Positions 1 through 7,516 of a DNA stretch of 64,000 bases are shown here, piece after piece. The stretch lies in the NCBI GenBank assembly GCA_029974985.1, contig JARKQC010000203.1:458-64457 (forward strand). Reading direction: 5' to 3'. Position 1 is the first letter of the stretch. Each line of letters starts with the position of its first letter. Both the position numbers and the translations under genes were made by a program. The notes under the pieces were generated by a model, which was not told the origin of the DNA, ran no database searches, and worked only from the letters and a program-made list of their open reading frames with translations. Source of the DNA: Bacteroidota bacterium. GTDB taxonomy: Bacteria > Bacteroidota > Ignavibacteria > Kapaibacteriales > UBA2268.

Positions 1-82
1 TGAAGATTTGAAGGAACTGAATATAATGCCCAATCCAGCGGTTTCAGTTAGTTTTGATTTGGGTGAGTTAATATATGCCTAA
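1..82 (+). CDS. 3' end of an ORF entering from upstream (...EDLKELNIMPNPAVSVSFDLGELIYA*). Product unknown; possibly the partner of the following HicA-like gene.
   Basis: The frame is open (codons from position 2) to the TAA at 80-82. It overlaps the ATG at 75 by 8 nt, which is operon-style coupling. No recognisable motif. Confidence 0.2.
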   Translation, partial: EDLKELNIMPNPAVSVSFDLGELIYA

Positions 83-318
83 ATTGAAAGTATTATCAGG
101 TAATGATGTAATTAAAATATTTTTCTTATTTGGATTTGAAATCTCATCGCAGAAAGGAAGTCATATTAAATTAGGTTCGTAAGACTAAATATAGTAAGCA
201 AGTTATTACAATTCCAAACCATAGCGAGTTGGATAAAGGAACTTTAAAAGCAATAATAAATCAAAGCACAAAATTTATAAGCGAAGATGATTTATACAAA
301 CATTTTTATAACGAATAG
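75..318 (+). pseudogene. HicA/YcfA-family toxin gene interrupted by a frameshift
   Basis: Frame A reads MPKLKVLSGNDVIKIFFLFGFEISSQKGSHIKLGS* (stop at 180-182). The +1 frame reads on from 175 as VRKTKYSKQVITIPNHSELDKGTLKAIINQSTKFISEDDLYKHFYNE* (stop at 316-318). Joined, the two halves match the HicA pattern (MPKL..SG.E.IK....GF...RQKGSH..L...........IP.H.ELD.GTL..I..Q). One base of shift near 172-176 restores a single ORF. Confidence 0.6.
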
Positions 319-480
319 TTTATTTATTATAGGCAACTTAACAAATTGTTGCTTAATTACTCTTTTTTAAAATTTTTAAATTGATAAATATACTTTCTGC
401 TGTAAAATACTTTTAATCTATATAAAGTTATACTTGATTTTAAGTTAAGAATCAGAAAGACAAATGTACCTTTTTACCAG

Positions 481-585
481 CTGTCTTACATTCGTTCATT
501 TCGGCTCCGCTCAATGAATGGCGTTGACAGATCAATGAACAAGATTTAAGCGTACCCTGAGCGTAGTCGAAGAGTAGCTTTCTCC
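481..585. repeat. REP-like intergenic element, copy A (small hairpin plus a 44-bp core)
   Basis: There is a hairpin around ttcatt-tcggctccgctc-aatgaa. The core at 535-578 (atgaacaagatttaagcgtaccctgagcgtagtcgaagagtagc) recurs at 6108-6151 with 3 mismatches. Confidence 0.6.
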
Positions 586-826
586 AGATGGTGCTATCTC
601 AAAAGTATTATTAGAAAATTCTTTCAAAATAACGACTTTAATAAATCGTTGCTATATTGAATTTTCTAAGTAAAGTTATCATTTTGAGTGGATTGTTTTT
701 ATCAATTTTATACGGCTTTAACACTTATGAGACAGTCTCAATTCAGTATCAGTATCACAGCAGGTATAGCCAAGTAGCTTCTGCTATGTATTTAATACGG
801 AATTAATAATATGGTAATGGTTTAAT

Positions 827-1210
827 ATGGCAAAGAAATATATCTTGTCCAATAATACAAAAGATGAAAAGGAAATTTTGGAAAGTTCGGGATTTTTGAA
901 GTCATTTTCGAATTTTTTAAATAACTACTTCTCCTTTATTATTTATTTTACGATTCTTTTAATTTGGCAATTTTCAATAATATTTGAATTACCTTATTCA
1001 AATACTATTCTTGAGCTATTTGTATGTATTGCATTAGTTCAGCAAATCAAAGAAAAGTTTCTGAAATCTTCGCTCTTTTTAATTCCTATTGTAGCGGTAA
1101 TAATTTTATTATTCGTATTAAAATCATATAATATTCCCAATACGCAGTGGATAATCATTTTAGGTATTTTAATAGGATTGAAGATTCATTCCTTATTAAA
1201 AAAGAAATAG
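827..1210 (+). CDS. Hypothetical small integral membrane protein (127 aa)
   Basis: ATG ORF with three or more hydrophobic helices (FSFIIYFTILLIWQFSIIF, LFLIPIVAVIILLFVL, WIIILGILIGL). A hairpin follows it. No family recognised. Confidence 0.4.
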   Translation: MAKKYILSNNTKDEKEILESSGFLKSFSNFLNNYFSFIIYFTILLIWQFSIIFELPYSNTILELFVCIALVQQIKEKFLKSSLFLIPIVAVIILLFVLKSYNIPNTQWIIILGILIGLKIHSLLKKK

Positions 1211-1250
1211 TAACTCAAAGTATATATTCTCTTTAATGTATATAGAGTAT

Positions 1251-1279
1251 GCAGCCAAACTAATATAAAGTTTAGCTGC
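1251..1279. terminator. Possible bidirectional hairpin terminator between convergent genes
   Basis: gcagccaaact-aatataa-agtttagctgc forms an 11-bp stem with one mismatch. It lies between the + strand ORF ending at 1210 and the - strand sigma gene ending at 1404, and a T-rich run follows. Confidence 0.35.
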
Positions 1280-1403
1280 ATAATTTATTTGTATTTAGTT
1301 GTATCTTTATCCAGAAAATCCTTTAATCTAAAAAATTACGGTTGTGACTACATTTTCTTGACTTTTTTCCTATGCTCAAAATGATAATGTAGGATTATTT
1401 TAG

Positions 1404-1988
1404 CTATTGTTCGGGTTCCTTAAAAAATGGCTCTAATGATTCTAAGATTTTAATCAAACTTCTATAATTTCTTTGTTTAATTGCATCAATTGAATCGCCT
1501 GTTATTTCAGCAATTTCACTATTTGACAAATCTGCAAACCATTTTAAGTAAAATGTATCCTTTTGTTTTTCACTTAAACACGTTGATACTTTTTTTACTA
1601 ATTGAATCAAATCATTATTTTCAATTAATGATTCAAGATTTGTATGTTTAGATATTATCATATCTAAATGTTTATTTTCAACAAATGATAAATTAGATTT
1701 ACGCTTTTTATTGCTATTTTGATAAATTAAATTTCGTGCTATACCAAAAAGATAATGAGGCAATTGGATATTCTCTTTACCTTGATTAACTGCCTCAAAA
1801 AAAAATTTCCATATTTCTTGATGTATATCTTCTGCATCTAACATATCTTCACATTTCGAACGGCAATACAAATATAGACGTTTTGAATAGCGAACGTATA
1901 TTTCATTAAAAACACTATCTCGATTATCTCCACCTAAGCAAATTTGTGCTATTAGCCACTCATCATTATATTTACTAAAATCACTCAT
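1404..1988 (-). CDS. RNA polymerase sigma-70 family factor, ECF (group 4)-like, 194 aa
   Basis: Region 2-like segment: DAEDIHQEIWKFFFEAV...LPHYLFGIARNLIYQ. Region 4.2 HTH-like segment: LSEKQKDTFYLKWFADLSNSEIAEITGDSIDAIKQRNYRSLIKIL. The size is typical of ECF sigma factors. Confidence 0.8.
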   Translation of the reverse strand: MSDFSKYNDEWLIAQICLGGDNRDSVFNEIYVRYSKRLYLYCRSKCEDMLDAEDIHQEIWKFFFEAVNQGKENIQLPHYLFGIARNLIYQNSNKKRKSNLSFVENKHLDMIISKHTNLESLIENNDLIQLVKKVSTCLSEKQKDTFYLKWFADLSNSEIAEITGDSIDAIKQRNYRSLIKILESLEPFFKEPEQ

Positions 1989-2178
1989 TATTATTGCCGT
2001 ATATCAAATATCATATTTTATGTATTAATCATAATATACAATTCAATCGGCTTCATCATTTTTAACTTTAACGAAACTAAAATTAATTTAGACAATTACT
2101 TACATTACAAGAACTAATATAAAAAGATTAATCGTAGTGAGCTATAAGCAATTTGATATAGTTCAATACAATAGAATT

Positions 2179-2883
2179 TTAATCACAATTACCCTGACAA
2201 GGTATTGGCTGATTAGTCAAACAATCAATAAAAGTAGAAACTCCACTACAATTAGAACCTGGGTAAGTTTCTTTAGTAAAAGTAGGTTCTAAATTAGTAA
2301 ACCAACGTTCATAAAGACTATCCCAATAACATTTTACTGTATATACACGTTGACAACATTTAAACCCACATTCTATTTGATGAGTATAGTTAATATAACG
2401 AGAACTTTTATATTCATAGATGTCTGGATTTATTTCTGGGGCGTCACAACACTCAATTTCTTGATTTATATCTAACTTTAAAGCACATTTTGTATTTACA
2501 TAACATTTAGTCTTATAAACAATTGCTATTTGAGCATTTATAGTTTGACCCTCATAACCAGGATAACCCGGACAAGGAGCTAAAGATGACAGAATTTCGT
2601 ATTCAACTATTTCCTGAATGGCTTTGTCAGACAAACCAAGCATTTTATTTGACAAAGTAGTCCAATCAATAGAAATTTCTTTCATTCCAGCCCCATTAGT
2701 TCTGCTAAGATAATCAACACTGCCAATGCTCCCAAAGTAGCGATAAACAACATCAATATGATTACCACTCCATTCGTTAGGTAATGTACCCGGTGGACAA
2801 TCTGGCTGGCAATAAACGAGTTCATTTTTGAATGTTATTAGACATATTATGGTGAATAGTATTGAAATCAAATATTTTTTCAT
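2179..2883 (-). CDS. Secreted Cys-rich protein, paralog A (234 aa), unknown family
   Basis: Has a signal peptide (MKKYLISILFTIICLITF). It shares PDCPPG, TKC..KLD.....CCD.P.INP.IYE, CGFKCC and the C-terminal YPGS.CSG.S..IDCLTN.PI.C.GNCD with ORF 4451-5134. Confidence 0.7.
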   Translation of the reverse strand: MKKYLISILFTIICLITFKNELVYCQPDCPPGTLPNEWSGNHIDVVYRYFGSIGSVDYLSRTNGAGMKEISIDWTTLSNKMLGLSDKAIQEIVEYEILSSLAPCPGYPGYEGQTINAQIAIVYKTKCYVNTKCALKLDINQEIECCDAPEINPDIYEYKSSRYINYTHQIECGFKCCQRVYTVKCYWDSLYERWFTNLEPTFTKETYPGSNCSGVSTFIDCLTNQPIPCQGNCD

Positions 2884-2894
2884 TTAATTTTTCC

Positions 2895-4433
2895 TCACCA
2901 ATTACATTTGACAAATCTATTGTATAATATAGAACCATTATAAAGTTGTACTTTAAGAAAGTAAATTCCGTCTGGCAAATCACTAATATTCAGTTTGTCA
3001 GTTTGACCTTTAAATACAAGCAATAAATTTCCATAGAGATTTGTAAGCTCAATATCAGAGATTTCTGTATTTGGATTGTTGATTTGAATAAAATCACTTG
3101 CTGGGTTAGGAAATAATAGTATTGCTTGTTCCTTCAAATCCTGTTCAGATACACTAAGCATCTTAATTGGTGCTTTTATTAAGAAATTATTACTTAGCAT
3201 CCATAGATTATTATCGGGAGTTACGAACATTTTGTGTATTTTAGGACGTAATACCGCATTATAAAATTTATCTTTTTTTGCTTCATCAAAAGCAAGATAA
3301 ATATCTTCGTCAAGCACCTTCTCTGATGATTTGTAAATAGTGGCGTCTGAAAGTATAAGATCCCAATCAGTCTTCTCTAATTGATAATCTTGATGTATCA
3401 AATATGGCTGCGACAATATAACCATCAACATAAGTTTATCATTTAATTGTGTTATAGACATTACAGGTTTAGGAAGATTGGGTGATTGAAATGGGAATCC
3501 ATCTTTTTCATCAAATATACGCCAGTCTTTAGATTTAATATCAAATATAGATAATCCCCTATGTAGAGTTATCCAATAAAGAAATTTGAAATTCTCGTCT
3601 AAAACGGGTATGTCGTTACCTTGATGAGCAAACCATATTTTATCATCAACAATATACATATTATTGACTATCTTATTAAATAAAGAATCCCAATCATAAG
3701 TTCTTATTCTATGAGCTTCGGAAGCAGTATTGCCCGGCTCATAGATAATTAAATCTAATTCACCATCAAGTGAGTCAATTATCTCATCACCTTGCCTACT
3801 TAATGTTTTATGAAAAGCAATTCTACCATCTTTAAGTCTGATCAATTTTTCAGAATTAATTAATGTATTATATGTAGAATATATACTATAAGGGGTTCTT
3901 TGTAAAATTTTCTCAAATGTAATTCCATTGAACATATATAGTTCACTAAAATTGATAGAAGAACTATTATACTTATCAAAAACGGAAGTGGTAAGCCAGA
4001 CATTATCTTCAGCATCAATTGCTAAATGCTCATAAAAACGAGCATAGCTATATTTATCCGATATAAAGAATTCCTTCCATTTACTATCTTCGTATTTATA
4101 AAGTGATTTTCCTGTAAACCATAAGTTGCCATGATCATCAAACCTTATTCTTGATTGTGGACTTAACTCCAAAGCTACTTCACCCTCATCTGTAATGATA
4201 TAATTAGGCAGAACAGTCATTACTCCATTTTCGATATATTGAATTGTGGGATAGTTCGTTATTTTATTATCTACAACAACAGATTCCATACCCAAAATTA
4301 CAACCTTATCAGCGAACTTGTCCATTGCAATTAACTGGTAGCAACCAAAATTTTCACTTGATATGGTAATTGAATATATATTATTAATAGATATTATATA
4401 ATATAAAATCAATATTATTGTAAATCTTTTCAT
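2895..4433 (-). CDS. Beta-propeller-like (two-component-regulator-propeller type repeats) protein with a T9SS C-terminal sorting domain
   Basis: I moved the start to the internal ATG (MKRFTIILILYY...), which has a GGAGA RBS and removes the overlap with the upstream gene. Repeated D..(G/N).(L/I/V)W motifs are present (DDHGNLWFTG, DAEDNVWLTT, VDDKIWFAH, TPDNNLWMLS). The C-terminus LLFPNPASDFIQIN...LPDGIYFLKVQ is T9SS CTD-like. Confidence 0.7.
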   Translation of the reverse strand: MKRFTIILILYYIISINNIYSITISSENFGCYQLIAMDKFADKVVILGMESVVVDNKITNYPTIQYIENGVMTVLPNYIITDEGEVALELSPQSRIRFDDHGNLWFTGKSLYKYEDSKWKEFFISDKYSYARFYEHLAIDAEDNVWLTTSVFDKYNSSSINFSELYMFNGITFEKILQRTPYSIYSTYNTLINSEKLIRLKDGRIAFHKTLSRQGDEIIDSLDGELDLIIYEPGNTASEAHRIRTYDWDSLFNKIVNNMYIVDDKIWFAHQGNDIPVLDENFKFLYWITLHRGLSIFDIKSKDWRIFDEKDGFPFQSPNLPKPVMSITQLNDKLMLMVILSQPYLIHQDYQLEKTDWDLILSDATIYKSSEKVLDEDIYLAFDEAKKDKFYNAVLRPKIHKMFVTPDNNLWMLSNNFLIKAPIKMLSVSEQDLKEQAILLFPNPASDFIQINNPNTEISDIELTNLYGNLLLVFKGQTDKLNISDLPDGIYFLKVQLYNGSILYNRFVKCNW

Positions 4434-4450
4434 TTTCTTTTTCTCCGAAA

Positions 4451-5134
4451 TTAATCGCAATTCCCTTCGCAATGAATTGGTTCATTTGTTAAACAATCAA
4501 TATATGGACTTGTGCCAGAACATTCTGAACCAGGGTAATCCTGATTTGTTATGTTTTGAACAACTTTAATAGACAAATTGGTGCCTACTGACTGACAAAA
4601 CAAAGTTATTATCTTTTCACAGCATTTAAATCCGCAAGGTTGATTTTTATAATAATTCAAATACCATTGCCCGTTGAATTCATATATTGGAGGATTAATA
4701 CTTGGGTCGTCACAACATTGAGATTCCAATCCCATATCCAATTTCACTCTGCATTTTGTAGGTATATAGCATTCAGTTTTGTCAATAATGGATACTGTTG
4801 TTAATTGTCCTAGATATTGGCAAGGATCGTCCGAATACCTTTGAGCAAGAAAAATAGTAAAAAGTTCCTTCATTGTTTCATCGCTGATTGGTTTCTTGTT
4901 ATTCCATAATGTACTCCAATCCGCAGTAATTTCAACTTTACCTCCAACTATTCTTTCGTAATATTGAACGCTGCCCGAATATTTAAAGGGTTCTAATTCC
5001 ATATATGCATTTTTTGGTAAACCCCAATTTACACCCGGTGGACAGTCTGGCATTTGCGCTTGAGTATTTGACTTAAAAGTAAATATTATTGAAATTATAC
5101 TAAGCAGAAGTATTATTCTTTTCAATTTATTCAT
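4451..5134 (-). CDS. Secreted Cys-rich protein, paralog B (227 aa), unknown family
   Basis: Has a signal peptide (MNKLKRIILLLSIISIIFTF). The same 14 conserved Cys positions and the same ...GNCD C-terminus as ORF 2179-2883. Confidence 0.7.
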   Translation of the reverse strand: MNKLKRIILLLSIISIIFTFKSNTQAQMPDCPPGVNWGLPKNAYMELEPFKYSGSVQYYERIVGGKVEITADWSTLWNNKKPISDETMKELFTIFLAQRYSDDPCQYLGQLTTVSIIDKTECYIPTKCRVKLDMGLESQCCDDPSINPPIYEFNGQWYLNYYKNQPCGFKCCEKIITLFCQSVGTNLSIKVVQNITNQDYPGSECSGTSPYIDCLTNEPIHCEGNCD

Positions 5135-5638
5135 ATTAAAATCTCCTAATCTTTATAATCAATATTAAATAAAAACGCATTTTTTTTTAATATACCAATA
5201 ATCTTTTGTGCTTTTATTTTGATTTGCTTGGTAGTATATTAAATACTACCTTGCATTAAATAGTTTTTTTTAAGTTTTGTAGTACATTTAATATATATAT
5301 TTGCTTTCACGAGAAAAAGGTGACAAATTGTTTTTATTATTTTTTAATTTAGCGATTCAAAATAACTTTTTTCAAATTTACACTATTATATAATTTAATA
5401 GTACACGAACTTAGATTTTGTTACAAAAAAATGAAAAATTACCAAATAAAACTACGAAGTAGTTGAATGTCTGTAATAAATGATATTTACAATCGGTATA
5501 TGCATTGTAAGGATTGAGCTTGCTCTATCCCAAACAACATAATACAATAAACAAGGGCAAAGCAAGGTGTAACTCTATTTAGCGAAAAATAATTAATAAT
5601 ATCCATTCTACTACCGAATGAAATACTTTGTTTGAAAA

Positions 5639-5657
5639 GTAAAAAATTCTTTTTTAC
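5639..5657. promoter_or_regulatory. Palindrome upstream of hicB (candidate operator)
   Basis: gtaaaaaa-ttc-ttttttac has perfect 8-bp arms and lies about 60 nt upstream of the hicB start. A tatata box follows. The site is AT-only, so chance occurrence is possible. Confidence 0.25.
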
Positions 5658-5717
5658 AAAAATATATAAAAGAAATATGATAAATTTTCGTTTCATTATT
5701 GAAAATAAGGTGAATAA

Positions 5718-5906
5718 ATGATTACATTTAAAATAGAAAAAGATGGTAATGAGTATCATGCTTGGGTGCCTGAATTGCCCGGTTGTCATACTCATGGCGA
5801 AACTATTGCAGAAGCCTTAGCTAACCTAAAAGATGCAATTCAACTATATCTCGAAGTGCTGATGGAGGAAGAAATTGCTAATCAAGTATTAGAGATGGAC
5901 GCGTGA
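5718..5906 (+). CDS. hicB: HicB-family antitoxin (UPF0150-like), 62 aa
   Basis: MITFKIEKDGNEYHAWVPELPGCHTHGETIAEALANLKDAIQLYLE is the classic HicB N-terminal fold signature. It overlaps hicA by 4 nt (GTGA). Confidence 0.8.
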   Translation: MITFKIEKDGNEYHAWVPELPGCHTHGETIAEALANLKDAIQLYLEVLMEEEIANQVLEMDA

Positions 5907-6091
5907 AGCCAAGAGAATTAGTCAAATTGTTAAATGAGAATGGATATATTTTTGCTCGGCAATCTGGTTCGCATGCAATATTTAAAAATCCTTTATCTAA
6001 AATTATTGTTGTGCCAATGCACAATCGTGATATACCTAAAGGAACTCTTACAGGGATTTTAAAAGATGCTGAAATTGAGATTAAACAATAA
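5903..6091 (+). CDS. hicA: HicA-family mRNA interferase toxin, 62 aa
   Basis: GTG start. The sequence MKPRELVKLLNENGYIFARQSGSHAIFKNP...VVPMHNRDIPKGTLTGILKDAEI matches HicA (GSH...H..D.P.GTL..IL). Confidence 0.85.
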   Translation: MKPRELVKLLNENGYIFARQSGSHAIFKNPLSKIIVVPMHNRDIPKGTLTGILKDAEIEIKQ

Positions 6092-6107
6092 CTGAATTGG
6101 CAGCTAA

Positions 6108-6151
6108 ATGAGCAAGATTTAATCGTACCCTGAGCGTAGTCGAAGAGTCGC
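6108..6151. repeat. REP-like 44-bp core, copy B
   Basis: atgagcaagatttaatcgtaccctgagcgtagtcgaagagtcgc matches 535-578 with 3 mismatches. It lies immediately 3' of hicA. Confidence 0.6.
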
Positions 6152-6160
6152 ACCGTGTCA

Positions 6161-6200
6161 GTTGTCCTACACTTTCGGAAGTGTAGGACAACTTATTTTA
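6161..6200 (+). terminator. Rho-independent terminator after hicA
   Basis: Perfect 14-bp stem gttgtcctacactt / aagtgtaggacaac with a tcgg loop, followed by ttatttta. Confidence 0.6.
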
Positions 6201-6202
6201 TT

Positions 6203-6284
6203 ACCTCACCCAAACCCTCTCCAAAGGCGAGGGCTTATCCATTTTCTCCCCATCTCCATTGGAGAAGGGGCTGGGGGTTGAGGT
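6203..6284. repeat. Structured GC-rich intergenic element (nested hairpins)
   Basis: The outer arms acctcaccc / gggttgaggt enclose ccctc-tccaaaggc-gaggg and ctcc-att-ggag hairpins. It forms a GC-rich island in AT-rich DNA. Spurious ORF 6155-6379 translates it as ...SPKPSPKARA...SPHLHWRRGWG. Confidence 0.5.
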
Positions 6285-6494
6285 TGATTTTGACAAGCAA
6301 GAATGTTTATCCTACTAACTATCAATTATCAACTAATTATTTTTATTTTGATAAGAATGACATTGACCATATAGGTTAAAAATTCGGTTTTAATATTAAA
6401 ATTTGAAAAAAAATTCAAAATTCAGCAAATTTTTAACATTTTTAAAAATATTTTTTAAAAAAAATAAATATTTTTTGGAAATGTGGAAAAATAA

Positions 6495-6526
6495 TTTGGT
6501 AACAATAAAAAGATTTATTACTTTTG
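6495..6526 (+). promoter_or_regulatory. Candidate Bacteroidetes-type promoter for the str operon
   Basis: TTTG at 6495-6498 and TActTTTG at 6519-6526 are separated by 20 nt, about 50 nt upstream of the rpsL GTG. An A-tract-rich region (6380-6490) lies upstream. Confidence 0.35.
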
Positions 6527-6577
6527 TAAGCTCTATCGCAGTAAAGTGAGTGAATTTATAAAATTGGAGATTTAAGA

Positions 6578-6991
6578 GTGCCAACTATATGTCAGTTAGT
6601 TCGTAAAGGCAGAAAAAGAATTGAATATAAAAGTAAGTCAGCGGCTTTGGTTTCTTGCCCGCAGAGAAGAGGTGTATGCACAAGAGTATATACAACAACT
6701 CCCAAAAAACCAAACTCAGCACTTAGAAAAGTAGCTCGTGTACGCTTAACAACTGGATTTGAAGTTTCGGCTTATATTCCAGGTGAAGGGCATAATTTGC
6801 AAGAGCACTCAATAGTATTTGTGCGTGGTGGTAGGGTAAAGGACCTTCCGGGTGTAAGATATCATATAGTTAGAGGAACTGCGGATACACAAGGAGTTGA
6901 CGGCAGACGTCAAGGTCGTTCAAAATATGGTTCGAAGAGACCAAAACCAGGTCAAGCAACAGGACCAGCGGCAAAAGGTAAGAAAAAATAA
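6578..6991 (+). CDS. rpsL: 30S ribosomal protein S12
   Basis: GTG start. S12 hallmarks present: [36 protein letters not shown]. Confidence 0.97.
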   Translation: MPTICQLVRKGRKRIEYKSKSAALVSCPQRRGVCTRVYTTTPKKPNSALRKVARVRLTTGFEVSAYIPGEGHNLQEHSIVFVRGGRVKDLPGVRYHIVRGTADTQGVDGRRQGRSKYGSKRPKPGQATGPAAKGKKK

Positions 6992-7006
6992 TTAAATAGA
7001 TAAAAA

Positions 7007-7474
7007 ATGAGAAAAAGAAGAGCAGAAAAAAGACCCGTTGTTTTGGACCCAATCTACAATGATTATGTGGTGGCAAAGTTCGTAAACAATATTATGTACG
7101 AAGGCAAGAAAAATGTTGCACGTCAATTAATATACGATGCTTTCGATATTATAAAGGAAAAGGCTAAGGAAGAACCACTTGATGTGTTTAAAAAAGCAAT
7201 ATCAAACGTGGCCCCACTTGTAGAAGTACGCTCACGACGTGTTGGTGGTGCAACGTATCAAGTTCCCGTAGATGTTCGCGAAGAACGTCGTTTAGCACTT
7301 GCAATTCGTTGGCTCAAAAATTATGCGAAGGCTCGTAGAGACAAAAATATGTCTTCTAAACTTGCCGCAGAAATACTTGCCGCTTCAAAAGGTGAAGGCT
7401 CGGCAGTAAAAAAACGTGAAGATACTCATAAAATGGCTGAAGCAAACAAAGCTTTTGCACATTTCAAATGGTAG
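7007..7474 (+). CDS. rpsG: 30S ribosomal protein S7
   Basis: [19 protein letters not shown] and the C-terminus [20 protein letters not shown]. Confidence 0.97.
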   Translation: MRKRRAEKRPVVLDPIYNDYVVAKFVNNIMYEGKKNVARQLIYDAFDIIKEKAKEEPLDVFKKAISNVAPLVEVRSRRVGGATYQVPVDVREERRLALAIRWLKNYAKARRDKNMSSKLAAEILAASKGEGSAVKKREDTHKMAEANKAFAHFKW

Positions 7475-7516
7475 TTCACAAAATTGTTCTTTGTAAATTT
7501 GTAAACCTGACTTGAG

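Noticed and set aside
75-318. A programmed frameshift in the split HicA gene.
   Set aside because: There is no slippery heptamer or stimulatory structure at 165-182. A simple one-base indel, whether decay or sequencing error, is the more economical explanation.
2895-4472. The longer ORF-track start for the propeller protein (MRRELRLISEKKKMKRF...).
   Set aside because: It would overlap the upstream Cys-rich gene by 22 nt and put 13 charged residues before the signal peptide. The internal ATG at 4433 has a GGAGA RBS and yields a normal signal peptide.
1-6400. Calling the left-hand accessory patch a mobile genomic island.
   Set aside because: Toxin-antitoxin genes and repeats are suggestive, but there is no integrase, no tRNA target and no flanking direct repeats. 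The left boundary also lies outside the window.
5487-6584. ORFs 5487-5795(-), 5878-6153(-), 6155-6379(+) and 6396-6584(-).
   Set aside because: They lie antisense to hicBA, or they span REP-like hairpin elements and the terminator (for example ...SPKPSPKARA...HWRRGWG), or they sit in AT-only promoter DNA. None has an RBS or coding-like composition.
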